Source: Acidocella sp. 20-57-95 (GTDB lineage Bacteria; Pseudomonadota; Alphaproteobacteria; Acetobacterales; Acetobacteraceae). Taken from it: a stretch of 64,000 bases of DNA. This document shows positions 28,776 to 38,804 of the stretch, in pieces. The stretch spans positions 126,341 to 190,340 of the forward strand of contig NCAT01000003.1 in the NCBI GenBank assembly GCA_002255575.1, given 5' to 3'. Made by a program: the position numbers and the translations under genes. The notes under the pieces are model-generated. The model did no database searches. It worked only from the letters and a program-made list of their open reading frames with translations, and was not told where the DNA came from. How positions within the stretch are numbered: the stretch's first letter is position 1; each line of letters starts with the position of its first letter.

Positions 28776-29990
28776 TTAAATTACGTTCTTGGCCTTCAAG
28801 GCGCTGAGTGCCGCCTCATCAAGGCCCAACCAGCTTTCGAGAACCTCTTTGGTATGCTGTCCCAAAACCGGCGGCGGCAAGCGATAATCCGCCGGGGTCT
28901 CGGAAAGCCGCACCGGGTTGGCCACTAAGGTCATGGTGGTGCCGCTGGCATGTTCCATCTGGATCAGGTTATTGCGGGCTTTCACATGCGGGTCGGCGAA
29001 TACCTGCTCAAGGTTATTGATCGGCCCGCAACCGATTTTCAGCGCTTCGAGCTGTTCAATCCAGTCTGCCGTGGTCTTGGTTTTCATAATCACGGCCAAA
29101 GTCTCGGTCACCAACTGGCGGTTCATCACGCGGGCAGCATTGGTGATGAAGCGTTCATCCGCCAGCAAAGCTTCCGCGCCAAAATTATTGCAGAATTTCG
29201 CGAACGTGGGATCGTTGCCGATGGACAGAACGATATAGCCATCCGCCGTCGCAAAAACCTGGTACGGCACAATGTTCGGGTGGTTATTTCCAAGCCGCAC
29301 CGGTGAAACGCCGGTGGCGAGGTAGTTCATCCCCTGGTTGGCCAGCCACGCGACATGCGTGTCCAACATGCCTATATCAACTTGCTGGCCAAGGCCGGTG
29401 CGTTCCTTATGGCGCAACGCCGCCAGCACGCCGATGCAGCCATACAGCCCGGCAAACACGTCCGCCACCGGCACGCCAACTTTCTGCGGCTCGCCGTCCG
29501 GGTCGCCGGTCAGGCTCATAATGCCGCCCATCGCCTGGATTAGCCCGTCATAGCCAGGGCGCGGCGCGTAGGGGCCGGTCTGGCCGAAGCCGGTGATCGA
29601 GCAATACACCATGCCGGGATGGATTTTATGCACATCCTCATAACCCAGACCGTATTTGGCGAGCGCGCCGACTTTGAAATTCTCCACCAGAATGTCGCAT
29701 TGCAGGAGCAATTTGCGGGCAATCTCCTGGCCTTCCGGGGTGGCAATGTCGAGCGCCACCGAACGCTTATTACGGTTCACGCCAGAGAAATAGGCACTCT
29801 CGCTGGTGCCGGGCATAAAAGGCGGCGCAAAGCCGCGGGTGTCATCCCCACTGCCGGGCTTTTCAATTTTAATAACATCGGCCCCCATATCGGCGAGCAT
29901 CTGAACACAGGTTGGTCCTGCCAGAACGCGGGTGAGGTCGAATACTTTAAGGCCGGTGAGCGGGCCGCTTGGCGTTTTTATGGTCATCAT
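28776..29990 (-). CDS. CaiB/BaiF family III CoA-transferase
   Basis: DLTRVLAGP, VNRNKRS, VENFK, PGYDGLIQA; start moved to ATG 29990. Confidence 0.93.
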   Translation of the reverse strand: MMTIKTPSGPLTGLKVFDLTRVLAGPTCVQMLADMGADVIKIEKPGSGDDTRGFAPPFMPGTSESAYFSGVNRNKRSVALDIATPEGQEIARKLLLQCDILVENFKVGALAKYGLGYEDVHKIHPGMVYCSITGFGQTGPYAPRPGYDGLIQAMGGIMSLTGDPDGEPQKVGVPVADVFAGLYGCIGVLAALRHKERTGLGQQVDIGMLDTHVAWLANQGMNYLATGVSPVRLGNNHPNIVPYQVFATADGYIVLSIGNDPTFAKFCNNFGAEALLADERFITNAARVMNRQLVTETLAVIMKTKTTADWIEQLEALKIGCGPINNLEQVFADPHVKARNNLIQMEHASGTTMTLVANPVRLSETPADYRLPPPVLGQHTKEVLESWLGLDEAALSALKAKNVI

Positions 29991-30004
29991 GGCAGGAATA
30001 AACG

Positions 30005-31183
30005 ATGAAACCATCCTCGACAACAGACACGGCGCGACAAATTTCGCTGCTCATCGTCCTCAGCGCGTGCGGCACGTTGAGCCTCGTCACGTTTATTTGG
30101 GCGGTCTTGAAACAGCCGGTTTTTAACAATGATTTCATGGGAATATGGTCGTTTGCCCAGTATGCGGTGAGCCAACCGGCAGCCGGGATATACGATGGCG
30201 ACCAGATCGGCGCATTGCAACATCAGCTGTTCCCCGGCTTACGGTCGATCTATGCGTTTGCATATCCGCCGCCGTTTCTATTGGCCGTCGGCTGGCTCAC
30301 AAAGTTCAGCTATACCAGCGCGCGGGTGATCTGGTGCGGCAGCGGCATGGTTTTGCTCAGCGCGGCCATTTGGGCGCTGCTGACGCCTCGTCGCCGGTGG
30401 CTTGGCATTTTTGCCAGTCTGGTCGCACCTGCCAGTTATATCAACGCCATCGGTGGCGAGACCGGCTGGTTTACCGCCGCATTTTTGTTGGGCGGCTTTG
30501 CCTTGCTGCCAAGGCGGCCAGCTTTGGCCGGCATTGCGTTTGGGTTGCTTAGCCTGAAGCCGCAATTGGCCTTATTAGTGCCCTTTGCCTTGCTCGGCGG
30601 TGGCTATTACCGAACCTTCCTGAGTGTCACGATCACCGTGTTTACGCTCTACTTAACGGCATATCTCGTATTGCCTCATGATGTCTGGCCGGCGTGGCTG
30701 AACCACATAGCTGGCTTTCAAAGCCTGGAATTAAGCAAAGCGCTCCCGCTTACCGCCATTATGGTAACTGTAACGGCAAATCTCATAACGCTGGGTCTGC
30801 CGCCGGCATTCGTGACGGCCGCGCAAGCGATGACCAGCGTGACATGCGCGGTTCTAACCTTTCTGAGTTTTCGAAACGGCAATACCCGCCTCGCTACCGC
30901 CGCCTTATTGGTGGGCAGCATCCTCGCGACGCCGCATGGCTTTGTTTATGATACCATCCCGCTAACTGCAGCAATGTTCCTTTATAGTGAGGCTGCTTGC
31001 ATAACATGGCCAATTTTGATGCTTGGGCTGGTGATTTATCTAAGCCCGATTCTGGTATTAACGCAGGCCAACCAGTGGTTTTTATATGCCGTCCCGAGCG
31101 CTCTGCTTTACTTGGCCATGCTGCGCCTTGCTTTTGCCACACCAGCGCGCGAAATTCCGAAATATGAGCCAAACATTAATTAA
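30005..31183 (+). CDS. GT87/DUF2029-like membrane glycosyltransferase (GT-C)
   Basis: DF in first loop, FAYPPPFL, GETG, LSLKPQL, many TM helices. Confidence 0.75.
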   Translation: MKPSSTTDTARQISLLIVLSACGTLSLVTFIWAVLKQPVFNNDFMGIWSFAQYAVSQPAAGIYDGDQIGALQHQLFPGLRSIYAFAYPPPFLLAVGWLTKFSYTSARVIWCGSGMVLLSAAIWALLTPRRRWLGIFASLVAPASYINAIGGETGWFTAAFLLGGFALLPRRPALAGIAFGLLSLKPQLALLVPFALLGGGYYRTFLSVTITVFTLYLTAYLVLPHDVWPAWLNHIAGFQSLELSKALPLTAIMVTVTANLITLGLPPAFVTAAQAMTSVTCAVLTFLSFRNGNTRLATAALLVGSILATPHGFVYDTIPLTAAMFLYSEAACITWPILMLGLVIYLSPILVLTQANQWFLYAVPSALLYLAMLRLAFATPAREIPKYEPNIN

Positions 31184-31604
31184 CCCATCCGAAGCCGCCA
31201 TGTTCCAGGGCGTACTGGCCCGGCGGCTATGCGCCTTCGCGGTTGACCTGATGATGATGACCGTTCTCGGCTGGGTTGTCGCAACGAATATATTTATTTT
31301 CGGTCTGTTTACCTTCGGGTTGGGGTTTTTCATGTTTCACGTGATGCCTTTCTTCCCGCTGGTTTATTACACATTGCTGGTGGCGACCGGTGGTACGTTG
31401 GGCCAGCGCATGTTCGGCCTCTCGGTGCGCCAGGATATCGACCTGTCCCCACCCTCACCGGCCCAGGCCCTGGCCTGGACTGTGCTGCTCTGGCTCAGCT
31501 TTTTCGTGTTCGCATGTCTGCCCTTTGCGATGGCTTTGGTGGGTGCCAGGCATCGTGCCGGGCATGATTTATTCTCCGGGCTTGTGATTATTCGCAATCG
31601 CTAA
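31164..31604 (+). CDS. RDD family membrane protein
   Basis: RRLCAFAVD, TLGQRMFGL, RAGHDLFSG. Confidence 0.85.
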   Translation: MSQTLINPSEAAMFQGVLARRLCAFAVDLMMMTVLGWVVATNIFIFGLFTFGLGFFMFHVMPFFPLVYYTLLVATGGTLGQRMFGLSVRQDIDLSPPSPAQALAWTVLLWLSFFVFACLPFAMALVGARHRAGHDLFSGLVIIRNR

Positions 31605-31648
31605 AACAATGCTTGACGCGGCTACGGACAAAGCCAAACATATAGGGA

Positions 31649-32425
31649 ATGAGCTTTAAACCCGCCCGTCGTCCGCATTTTTTTTACACTACCGCACCGC
31701 TGCCTTGCCCCTACGTGGATGGCCGTACGGAGCGGAAGGTTGTGACCGAACTGGCCGGGGTGAGTGCTGAGAGCCTGCATGACCGGCTTTCGCGCGGCGG
31801 GTTCAGGCGTAGCCATAATATCGCTTACGCGCCGGTTTGCCCTAGCTGCAATGCCTGTGTGCCCATCCGTATCCGCGCGCTTGATTTTGTGCCCAACCGC
31901 ACCCAGCGGCGCATTGCCAAACTAAATACCGACCTGAGCGTGCGAGAAATGCCGCCGCGTGCGACCGCTGAACAGTACCAGCTATTCCAGCGCTACCAGC
32001 AGGCCCGCCACGGCGATGGCGACATGGCAACCATGAGCTTCTACGACTATCGCGCCATGGTTGAAGATACCCCGATCGAGACATCAATCATCGAGTTCCG
32101 GGACCGTCAGGAGCGGTTGCTGGGTGCCTGCTTGATCGACCGGCTCGGCGACGGGCTGTCTGCTGTTTACAGCTTCTTCACCCCTGACGCTGATGACCGG
32201 TCACTTGGTACATTGGCCATTTTATGGCTGGTGGCGCGGGCGGCGGAGATGGACATGCCGTATGTGTATCTGGGCTATTGGGTCGAAGAGAGCCGGAAAA
32301 TGGCGTACAAGGCGAAGTTCCGCCCCAGCGAAATTCTCAAAGGCGGACAGTGGCGCTCCATCGAGGATAACGCCACCACCTGCGGGACATTAAACCTCAA
32401 TCTGCAACTTTCTCCAACGCGCTGA
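31649..32425 (+). CDS. bpt: ATE1-like aminoacyl-tRNA protein transferase (Bpt)
   Basis: CPY, GFRRS, C..CNAC, SAVYSFF, YVYLGYW, KMAYK. Confidence 0.9.
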   Translation: MSFKPARRPHFFYTTAPLPCPYVDGRTERKVVTELAGVSAESLHDRLSRGGFRRSHNIAYAPVCPSCNACVPIRIRALDFVPNRTQRRIAKLNTDLSVREMPPRATAEQYQLFQRYQQARHGDGDMATMSFYDYRAMVEDTPIETSIIEFRDRQERLLGACLIDRLGDGLSAVYSFFTPDADDRSLGTLAILWLVARAAEMDMPYVYLGYWVEESRKMAYKAKFRPSEILKGGQWRSIEDNATTCGTLNLNLQLSPTR

Positions 32426-32542
32426 ATTTTGGCCAAAAAACGCGCCTCCAAACGCGAGTGCTGTTATTTACAACCATAGATTGACGACATAAACTCGCAT
32501 CCAGCTGTGAGGTAACATGCTCGCCATCCCCGCCCCCATCTA

Positions 32543-34639
32543 ATGCCCCAATCTGACGAGCGTAAAACTCAGGACGCTCGTGCAACCCTGGCCATAACCA
32601 TGCCAGGGCTAGGTTTTTTCACCCAGCTACCAACACTCTGGCGGCGCTTACAGCGCGCTTCGCTTCTGGCGTCATTGCTGCCATTAGCATTTTATCTGCT
32701 GGTCACCAGGTTGATGTTCGATACCTCACCTGATTGGTCGAACCATTATTTTGGCGAGGGCGATGATCCTGTCACGCTGACCTGGTTTTTAAATTGGTGG
32801 GGCTTTGCACTGGCACATGGCTTAAATTTTTTTGTCTCCAAATATGCTTGGTTTCCTAGCGGTACCAATTTAACCTGGGATACCGCGGTGCCAGCTCTGG
32901 CACTTCTGGCCGCCCCCATCATTTACCTGAAAGGTGCGCTATTTGCATTTAATTTCCTGTCAATAACCGCGCCCGCGCTGGCAGCCTGGACAGCGTTTTT
33001 GTTGGCCCGGCAGATCTCGAATCACTGGCCAGCATCGGTGATTGGCGGTTATCTGTTTGGATTTTCCGCCTATGAGTTAGGGCAATTACGAGAGCACTTG
33101 AATCTCGACAGCATTTTCCTGATCCCTTTGGCTGTTTTGCTTTGCGTACGAAGGTTGCAAGGAAACATTAGCCAGCCGGTATTTATTATTCTGCTGGCTG
33201 CAATTTTTGTGATTCAGCTTGGCATCTCAACGGAATTACTGGCAACCCTCGGCTTCTTCGGCGCTGTTGCGTGGCTAATTTTTCTACTGTTTGGTCGCCA
33301 CGAATTACGACCGCGCTTATTCGGATTGGCGCGCGACCTCGTGCTCACATGCATCGTGGCGTTAATCTGCGCATCACCGTTTTTGTTTTATCTCTACGCC
33401 GCGCTGCCGGTCCCGGCGCGTGACCTTGATGCCGCTTTCGTCTATTCAGTTGACCCGCTGAACATTGTGATCCCCACCACCATTACACAATTGGGCGGCA
33501 TGCAGTTTGCCGCAATTAGCGCGCATTATCTCGGAGGCATCGCCGAACAGGGCGCGTATGTTGGTTTACCGATGTTATTATTGGTAACGCTTTATCTGCA
33601 TGCGCAACGCGCGCGGCCAATGACCCGTGCGTTAGCAATATGTTTGATATTTTGCCTCGTCCTCAGCCTGGGACCGCGCTTGCGAATATTTGATGGACCA
33701 GCACTCATTACGCTCCCCTGGTCTTGGTTCCGCAATTTGCCCTTGCTTGGCAGCGCGTTGCCGAGTCGATTTTCCCTTTATGTGTCACTTTGCTGCGCAA
33801 TTATCAGCACGCTGTATCTGGCCTGCCCAGGATCAAATTGGCAGCATTTCAGGCGTTATGCCCTGGTGGGGGTTGTCATCGCCTTTATGCTTCCCAACCG
33901 CACCGCCTATGGCTGGTCCACTTGGCCAACCGAGGCATTTTTCACAACCGGGAATATCGAGAAGACGCTCGGACATTCACCAAATGTTTTAATTCTACCT
34001 TATGGCAGCTCCGGCCCTGGCATGGCTTGGCAAATGGATGCGGGGATGAGCTTTACCCAAAGCGGTGGTTATACCGGGCTTGATCCGTCCAGCGAAAAAG
34101 GTATCGGGATTTGGGAGCAGTTGCGTGACGGCACAGTTTCGTCGCATTTTAGCAACGATCTAAAGGCGCTTTGCGCGACCCACCAGGTTGATGACCTGCT
34201 AATCGGTCCTGGCACGCCGCCTATCTTGGTCACGGCCATTGGCGCTCTCAACTGGCCGGAAGTTCAGGATAGAGGAGTTACGGTGGTAACTGTCCCGGCC
34301 CGCGCAGACCTCAGCTATTATCAAATCAGTGGCGATTATTGGCCAAGCGAGGCGCCAGCCAATTGGATGGGGCATCAAATTCTCATCAAAACACGCCACA
34401 CCCCGATCACGCTGATCCTCACCAAAGACACCAACCAGCCTGACCCCACCATACTCAGCGTCGCCGGAACCCCTGGGCCGACGAGCTATCGCGTGGTCCA
34501 TGGCCAGCCGCTTAGCATCGCAATTCCCGCCAATGCCGACATAACCCTCACAGCCAACCAGACCTTTATTCCTGACAAAACCCTGCATAACCGCGACGAC
34601 CGTTCGCTTTCAGTGATACTATCAATCCGCTCTCCGTGA
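32543..34639 (+). CDS. Large polytopic membrane protein, probable GT-C glycosyltransferase
   Basis: 698 aa, GDD in first external loop, many TM segments, soluble C-terminal domain. Confidence 0.6.
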   Translation: MPQSDERKTQDARATLAITMPGLGFFTQLPTLWRRLQRASLLASLLPLAFYLLVTRLMFDTSPDWSNHYFGEGDDPVTLTWFLNWWGFALAHGLNFFVSKYAWFPSGTNLTWDTAVPALALLAAPIIYLKGALFAFNFLSITAPALAAWTAFLLARQISNHWPASVIGGYLFGFSAYELGQLREHLNLDSIFLIPLAVLLCVRRLQGNISQPVFIILLAAIFVIQLGISTELLATLGFFGAVAWLIFLLFGRHELRPRLFGLARDLVLTCIVALICASPFLFYLYAALPVPARDLDAAFVYSVDPLNIVIPTTITQLGGMQFAAISAHYLGGIAEQGAYVGLPMLLLVTLYLHAQRARPMTRALAICLIFCLVLSLGPRLRIFDGPALITLPWSWFRNLPLLGSALPSRFSLYVSLCCAIISTLYLACPGSNWQHFRRYALVGVVIAFMLPNRTAYGWSTWPTEAFFTTGNIEKTLGHSPNVLILPYGSSGPGMAWQMDAGMSFTQSGGYTGLDPSSEKGIGIWEQLRDGTVSSHFSNDLKALCATHQVDDLLIGPGTPPILVTAIGALNWPEVQDRGVTVVTVPARADLSYYQISGDYWPSEAPANWMGHQILIKTRHTPITLILTKDTNQPDPTILSVAGTPGPTSYRVVHGQPLSIAIPANADITLTANQTFIPDKTLHNRDDRSLSVILSIRSP

Positions 34640-34770
34640 GCATCCTGCGCGAGCCGCCCCATCTTGCAGCGCCGCTTTTAGGCGCTGCGATTCTGCCGTT
34701 ATACACAACCTTGGCAACGCCACATTAACAGCCATGAGAGGCGTGGTCTGCTCATGACAGGCTGGTTGCA

Positions 34771-34799
34771 TTGCATCAGCCACCCCGGCTTGCTAGAGC
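34771..34799 (+). promoter_or_regulatory. Putative sigma70 promoter of tRNA-Pro
   Basis: TTGCAT, 17-nt spacer, TAGAGC, ending 12 nt before the tRNA. Confidence 0.35.
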
Positions 34800-34811
34800 C
34801 TCTCTCACGGT

Positions 34812-34888
34812 CGGAGCGTAGCGCAGCCTGGTAGCGCACCAGTCTGGGGGACTGGGGGCCGTGGGTTCGAATCCCGCCGCTCCGACCA
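34812..34888 (+). tRNA. tRNA-Pro (GGG)
   Basis: CGGAGCG acceptor stem, CCAGT/ACTGG anticodon stem with CTGGGGG loop, GTTCGAATC T-loop, encoded CCA. Confidence 0.96.
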
Positions 34889-35021
34889 TTTTTGGCGCAC
34901 CCCTTTGGCGCTTTTCAACGCAACGCGGCACAGCATTTCACGCCATACCGGTTGCGTTCGCGCGCCCGGCGTCACATGATCCTAATGCTTTTCGGGTCAC
35001 CATCAGCCTTCCTGGAACTTC

Positions 35022-35762
35022 ATGACAGTTGCCCTTACGGTCCGTGGCCTTTGCAAATCCTTCACAAAACCAGTGATTCAGAATCTCGACCTGACCATCG
35101 CACCTGGTGAGGTCTATGCCCTGCTGGGGCCGAACGGGGCGGGTAAAACCACCACATTGCGGATGATCGCGGGGCTGCTGAAGCCAGATGCGGGCACGAT
35201 AGCCGTATTTGGCACTGATGTTATCGCGGCCCCCTTGCAAGCCAAAGCCCAGATGGCCTGGCTGCCCGATGAACCTCTGCTTTACGATAAGCTTTCACCG
35301 CTTGAATATCTCGAATTCGTTGCTGGACTTTGGCAGGTGGAGCCCGCGCGCGCCGCCAGCCGCGCCGACGAGTTGCTGGAAACTTTAGGGCTCTGGCCGC
35401 ACCGGCATGAGCGCTGCGAGGGATTTTCGCGGGGGATGAAGCAAAAGACTGTGCTGGCCGGTGCCCTCATCCATGCGCCAAAATTTTTCATTCTTGACGA
35501 ACCTTTAACCGGGCTCGATGCCGCTGCCGCAAAACTGGTTAAAGCCATTCTGATGGAACGGGCCGCTGCCGGGGCGGCGATCATCATCACCACGCATATT
35601 CTGGAAGTCGCTGAGAGACTGGCCACGCGCATCGGGATATTATCAGGCGGTGGCTTGCTGGCGGAAGGCAGTTTTGCGCAATTGCAGGCGCAGGCGGGCA
35701 AGCATGAAAATGCCACGCTGGAAGATGTATTTTTACACCTCACCAGCACCGCACATGTTTAA
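35022..35762 (+). CDS. ABC transporter ATP-binding protein (exporter type)
   Basis: GPNGAGKTT, FSRGMKQK, ILDEP. Confidence 0.93.
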   Translation: MTVALTVRGLCKSFTKPVIQNLDLTIAPGEVYALLGPNGAGKTTTLRMIAGLLKPDAGTIAVFGTDVIAAPLQAKAQMAWLPDEPLLYDKLSPLEYLEFVAGLWQVEPARAASRADELLETLGLWPHRHERCEGFSRGMKQKTVLAGALIHAPKFFILDEPLTGLDAAAAKLVKAILMERAAAGAAIIITTHILEVAERLATRIGILSGGGLLAEGSFAQLQAQAGKHENATLEDVFLHLTSTAHV

Positions 35763-37179
35763 GCCTACCAGCTTTTCCTGGCTGTTCGCCCATGAGATCA
35801 ATCTGCTCTGGCGCAACTCAATCCTGATCCGAACCAGCCGGCATGTCATCATCCCGGTCATTTTCGTGGGTGTTGTTTTCCAGGCCGTCGCGCTCGGCAT
35901 TGCGTATTTTCTGCGCGGTCAGAATTTTAGCCTGCCGGTCATGATCGTCGCTGCAAATATCAACTTGATTTTCTTATTCGGCCTGATGCTTTCACGTGCC
36001 ATGACCTCGGCGATCGATGTTTTATATGCGCGCGGTGATGCTGATTTTCTGCTCGCCTCCCCGATCCCACCGGTGCGGATTCTGGCCGTGCGCATGCTGG
36101 GCGTTACCGCCAGCGTGGCAGCGCCCTGGATGCTGCTTACGGGCGTGCTGGCCAATGCCTTCGCGATATTTGGAAAACCGCAGGCGCTGGCAGCCTATAT
36201 CATGATCCCCATGGAAGCCGCAGTGGCAACATCGCTGGCGTTTCTGCTGGTGGTGGTGCTGGTTTCAAAACTGGGGCCGCGGCAGGCCAGGCGCGTTTCA
36301 CATAGTCTTGCACTGGTGGTTGGCGTGGTGATTTTCGCGCTCGGCCAGGCACCACATTATATTCCCGCATCCTCCCTGCGCGGGCTATGGCTGGCACTGA
36401 TGCCCAATGACCAAAATATTAACGCACCAATCTGGTTGCCCGCCCGGGCGATGCTGGGGCAGGCGATACCGGTGCTGATAATTTGTACGCTCTGCACTGG
36501 GTTTTTCCTGGCCGTGCTATTCGGGCGCGCCAAGCAATATGCCGACGGCACCATTAGCGCTGCGTCCTATGCGGGCGACTCGCCACCGCAGCGAGACAAC
36601 GGCCATTTCCGGCAAGCCCCGCTAGCGGCGACGATGTTAAAAAATTTACGGATATTGCTGAGATTTCCCGGTTTGGTGACCCAGACTGTCTATCGCTCCC
36701 TCACCCTCGTGCCGGTGCTGATGATTTTAACCGGCAGAGTTGCCATCGGCACCGGTCCTGAAGTGGTGGTGCCTTTGCTGGTGTTCCTGACAGGCCAGTT
36801 GGCACTGTTTTTTGTCTCCATCATTACCGGTGGCGACCAAGCGCCGGAGTTGCTGGCTTCAGCACCCGTGCTTGCCGCAACCGGGCGCAAGGCCGCCTAT
36901 GCCGCCGCCGGCTATGCCAGCTTGGTGGTGATGGCGCTGCCGGTTATAGGGGTGCTGCTACGGCAGGGCGGCCACCTGCCAGCCTTGCTGGCCTGCATGG
37001 CCGGGTGTGGCCTGAGCAACCTCATTCTGGGGCAGCGCTTGCCAATCCCCCTCTACCGGCCAGCCTTTGGCAAAACCCAAACCGGCACGGTACTGGGGTT
37101 GATATTAGGTGTGTCGGCCAGTTCGGTGTGGGCGTTGCTGGCTTGGTTACTCGTGGTGCCGCAGCTACCGCACCTTTAG
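35755..37179 (+). CDS. Putative ABC exporter permease
   Basis: About 12 TM segments, LLASPI motif, overlaps ATPase stop; start moved to ATG 35755. Confidence 0.7.
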   Translation: MFKPTSFSWLFAHEINLLWRNSILIRTSRHVIIPVIFVGVVFQAVALGIAYFLRGQNFSLPVMIVAANINLIFLFGLMLSRAMTSAIDVLYARGDADFLLASPIPPVRILAVRMLGVTASVAAPWMLLTGVLANAFAIFGKPQALAAYIMIPMEAAVATSLAFLLVVVLVSKLGPRQARRVSHSLALVVGVVIFALGQAPHYIPASSLRGLWLALMPNDQNINAPIWLPARAMLGQAIPVLIICTLCTGFFLAVLFGRAKQYADGTISAASYAGDSPPQRDNGHFRQAPLAATMLKNLRILLRFPGLVTQTVYRSLTLVPVLMILTGRVAIGTGPEVVVPLLVFLTGQLALFFVSIITGGDQAPELLASAPVLAATGRKAAYAAAGYASLVVMALPVIGVLLRQGGHLPALLACMAGCGLSNLILGQRLPIPLYRPAFGKTQTGTVLGLILGVSASSVWALLAWLLVVPQLPHL

Positions 37180-38804
37180 CCAGCCGCCGCCACCAACGAG
37201 CCACCGGCCAGCCGCCAAATACGATCCAGCTTCTCCACACCCGTCAAACGATGCGCGATCAACACCAGGGTCCGGCCTGCTACGGCATGATTAAGTGTTT
37301 CAAAAAACGCGGCTTCAGTCGCAGCATCCAGCCCCGCGCAGGGTTCGTCCAGCAGCAAAATCGGCGCTTGCGAAAGCAGCGTGCGGGCCAGAGCCAAACG
37401 CCGCCCCTGCCCGCCGGAGAGGGTATTCCCACCCTCGCCCAGCCATTCATCCAGACCATTTGGCAATGCCCGCACCACACCGGCAAGCTGAGCGGATTCA
37501 AGCGCCGCCCAAAGCCGGGCCTCATCGGCCGAAGGGTCGCCCAGCAGCAAATTATTGCGAATGGTATCGGCAAATAAATGCGTGGTTTGCGACAAATAAG
37601 CGATTTTACTGCGCACAGCCTCCGCTGGGAGCGCCGCAATATCAACCGTCCCTAATTTAATTTTGCCGCTTTGCGGTGCTGCCAGCTTCAACAGCAAACC
37701 CGCGATGGTGGATTTACCGGCCCCCGAAGGCCCCAGAATCGCGGTGCGCGATCCGGCTGGCAATTGCAACGACAGATTTTCAAACACGAAAGGCAGATCA
37801 TGGGCGTAACGGAAACCAACATGTTCAAAACTGACCGCATACCCGGTGAGCGGCGGCGGCGGCGCAGCCGGGTCTGGCACAGTGGGGCCTGCTTCAGCGG
37901 CTTCCACAACACGCGCAGCAGCAACCCGGGACTGGCCAAGTAACACGCCGGCCCGCGGCATGGCGCTGACCGCTTCAAACGCCGCGACAGCCACGAACAA
38001 AGCCACGGCAGACGCCACGGGGCCAGACATAAACCCCAACAACAACACCAGAAGAATGCCAGCCTGCACTGTGATAAAACCAATAATATTCAACCGGCTG
38101 ACGCGCTGTGCCAATTCACGCTGTGCCGCCAGCAGGGCAGATTCGCGGGCTTGAACCAGCGCCAGCATGCGCCCTTCGGCTGCAAATATTTTGACCTCGC
38201 GCAGGCCACTCAGCGTATCCAGAGCCGCGTTGCGCAACCCAGCCATGGCAAGAGACACACGTTTGGCGTTGTCACCGGCCAGCGCAGCAGCCTGCCACGG
38301 CAGCACCAGCGCGATCACGGCGAAGGGAAAAATCACCAGCAACGCCCAGCCGTTTTCACGGCTCAGCACAACCAGCAAAACCGGCAGCAGCATCAAAGCA
38401 GCAAGGCCTGGCACGATGATGCGTAGATACAACCCATCCAAAGCTTCCACATCATTCACGAGCCTCGCCAGCGCATCGCCCGCCCGGCGCAGACCCAAAC
38501 CACCGGCAGCACTATTGGCAAGCCCGGTGAAGAACCACACACGCACGCGCCCCAAGGCGCGGAACATGGCGTCATGACTGACCAGACGTTCCAAATAGCG
38601 CAGCACCACCCGCGCCACACCGGCCATTTGCAGCGCCACAGGCACCAGCAGAACGCCACCTAAAACAGCGGTCGCGGTGTAGAGCCCGGCATTTTGCATC
38701 AGTGCAATACCGGCCGCGAGTGCTGCCAAAGCCAACAGGGCGCCCAACGCCAGGTGCCAATAATGCGCCTGCCAAAGCCGCAGAATTTTCATTACCGGGA
38801 TCAT
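37176..38804 (-). CDS. cydC: Thiol reductant ABC exporter CydC
   Basis: RYLERLVSHDA, GPSGAGKS, LSGGQGRR. Confidence 0.93.
   Translation of the reverse strand: MIPVMKILRLWQAHYWHLALGALLALAALAAGIALMQNAGLYTATAVLGGVLLVPVALQMAGVARVVLRYLERLVSHDAMFRALGRVRVWFFTGLANSAAGGLGLRRAGDALARLVNDVEALDGLYLRIIVPGLAALMLLPVLLVVLSRENGWALLVIFPFAVIALVLPWQAAALAGDNAKRVSLAMAGLRNAALDTLSGLREVKIFAAEGRMLALVQARESALLAAQRELAQRVSRLNIIGFITVQAGILLVLLLGFMSGPVASAVALFVAVAAFEAVSAMPRAGVLLGQSRVAAARVVEAAEAGPTVPDPAAPPPPLTGYAVSFEHVGFRYAHDLPFVFENLSLQLPAGSRTAILGPSGAGKSTIAGLLLKLAAPQSGKIKLGTVDIAALPAEAVRSKIAYLSQTTHLFADTIRNNLLLGDPSADEARLWAALESAQLAGVVRALPNGLDEWLGEGGNTLSGGQGRRLALARTLLSQAPILLLDEPCAGLDAATEAAFFETLNHAVAGRTLVLIAHRLTGVEKLDRIWRLAGGSLVAAAG

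Noticed and set aside
34640-35021. Integrative element at tRNA-Pro
   Set aside because: No integrase and no duplicated tRNA 3' end noticed in the window.
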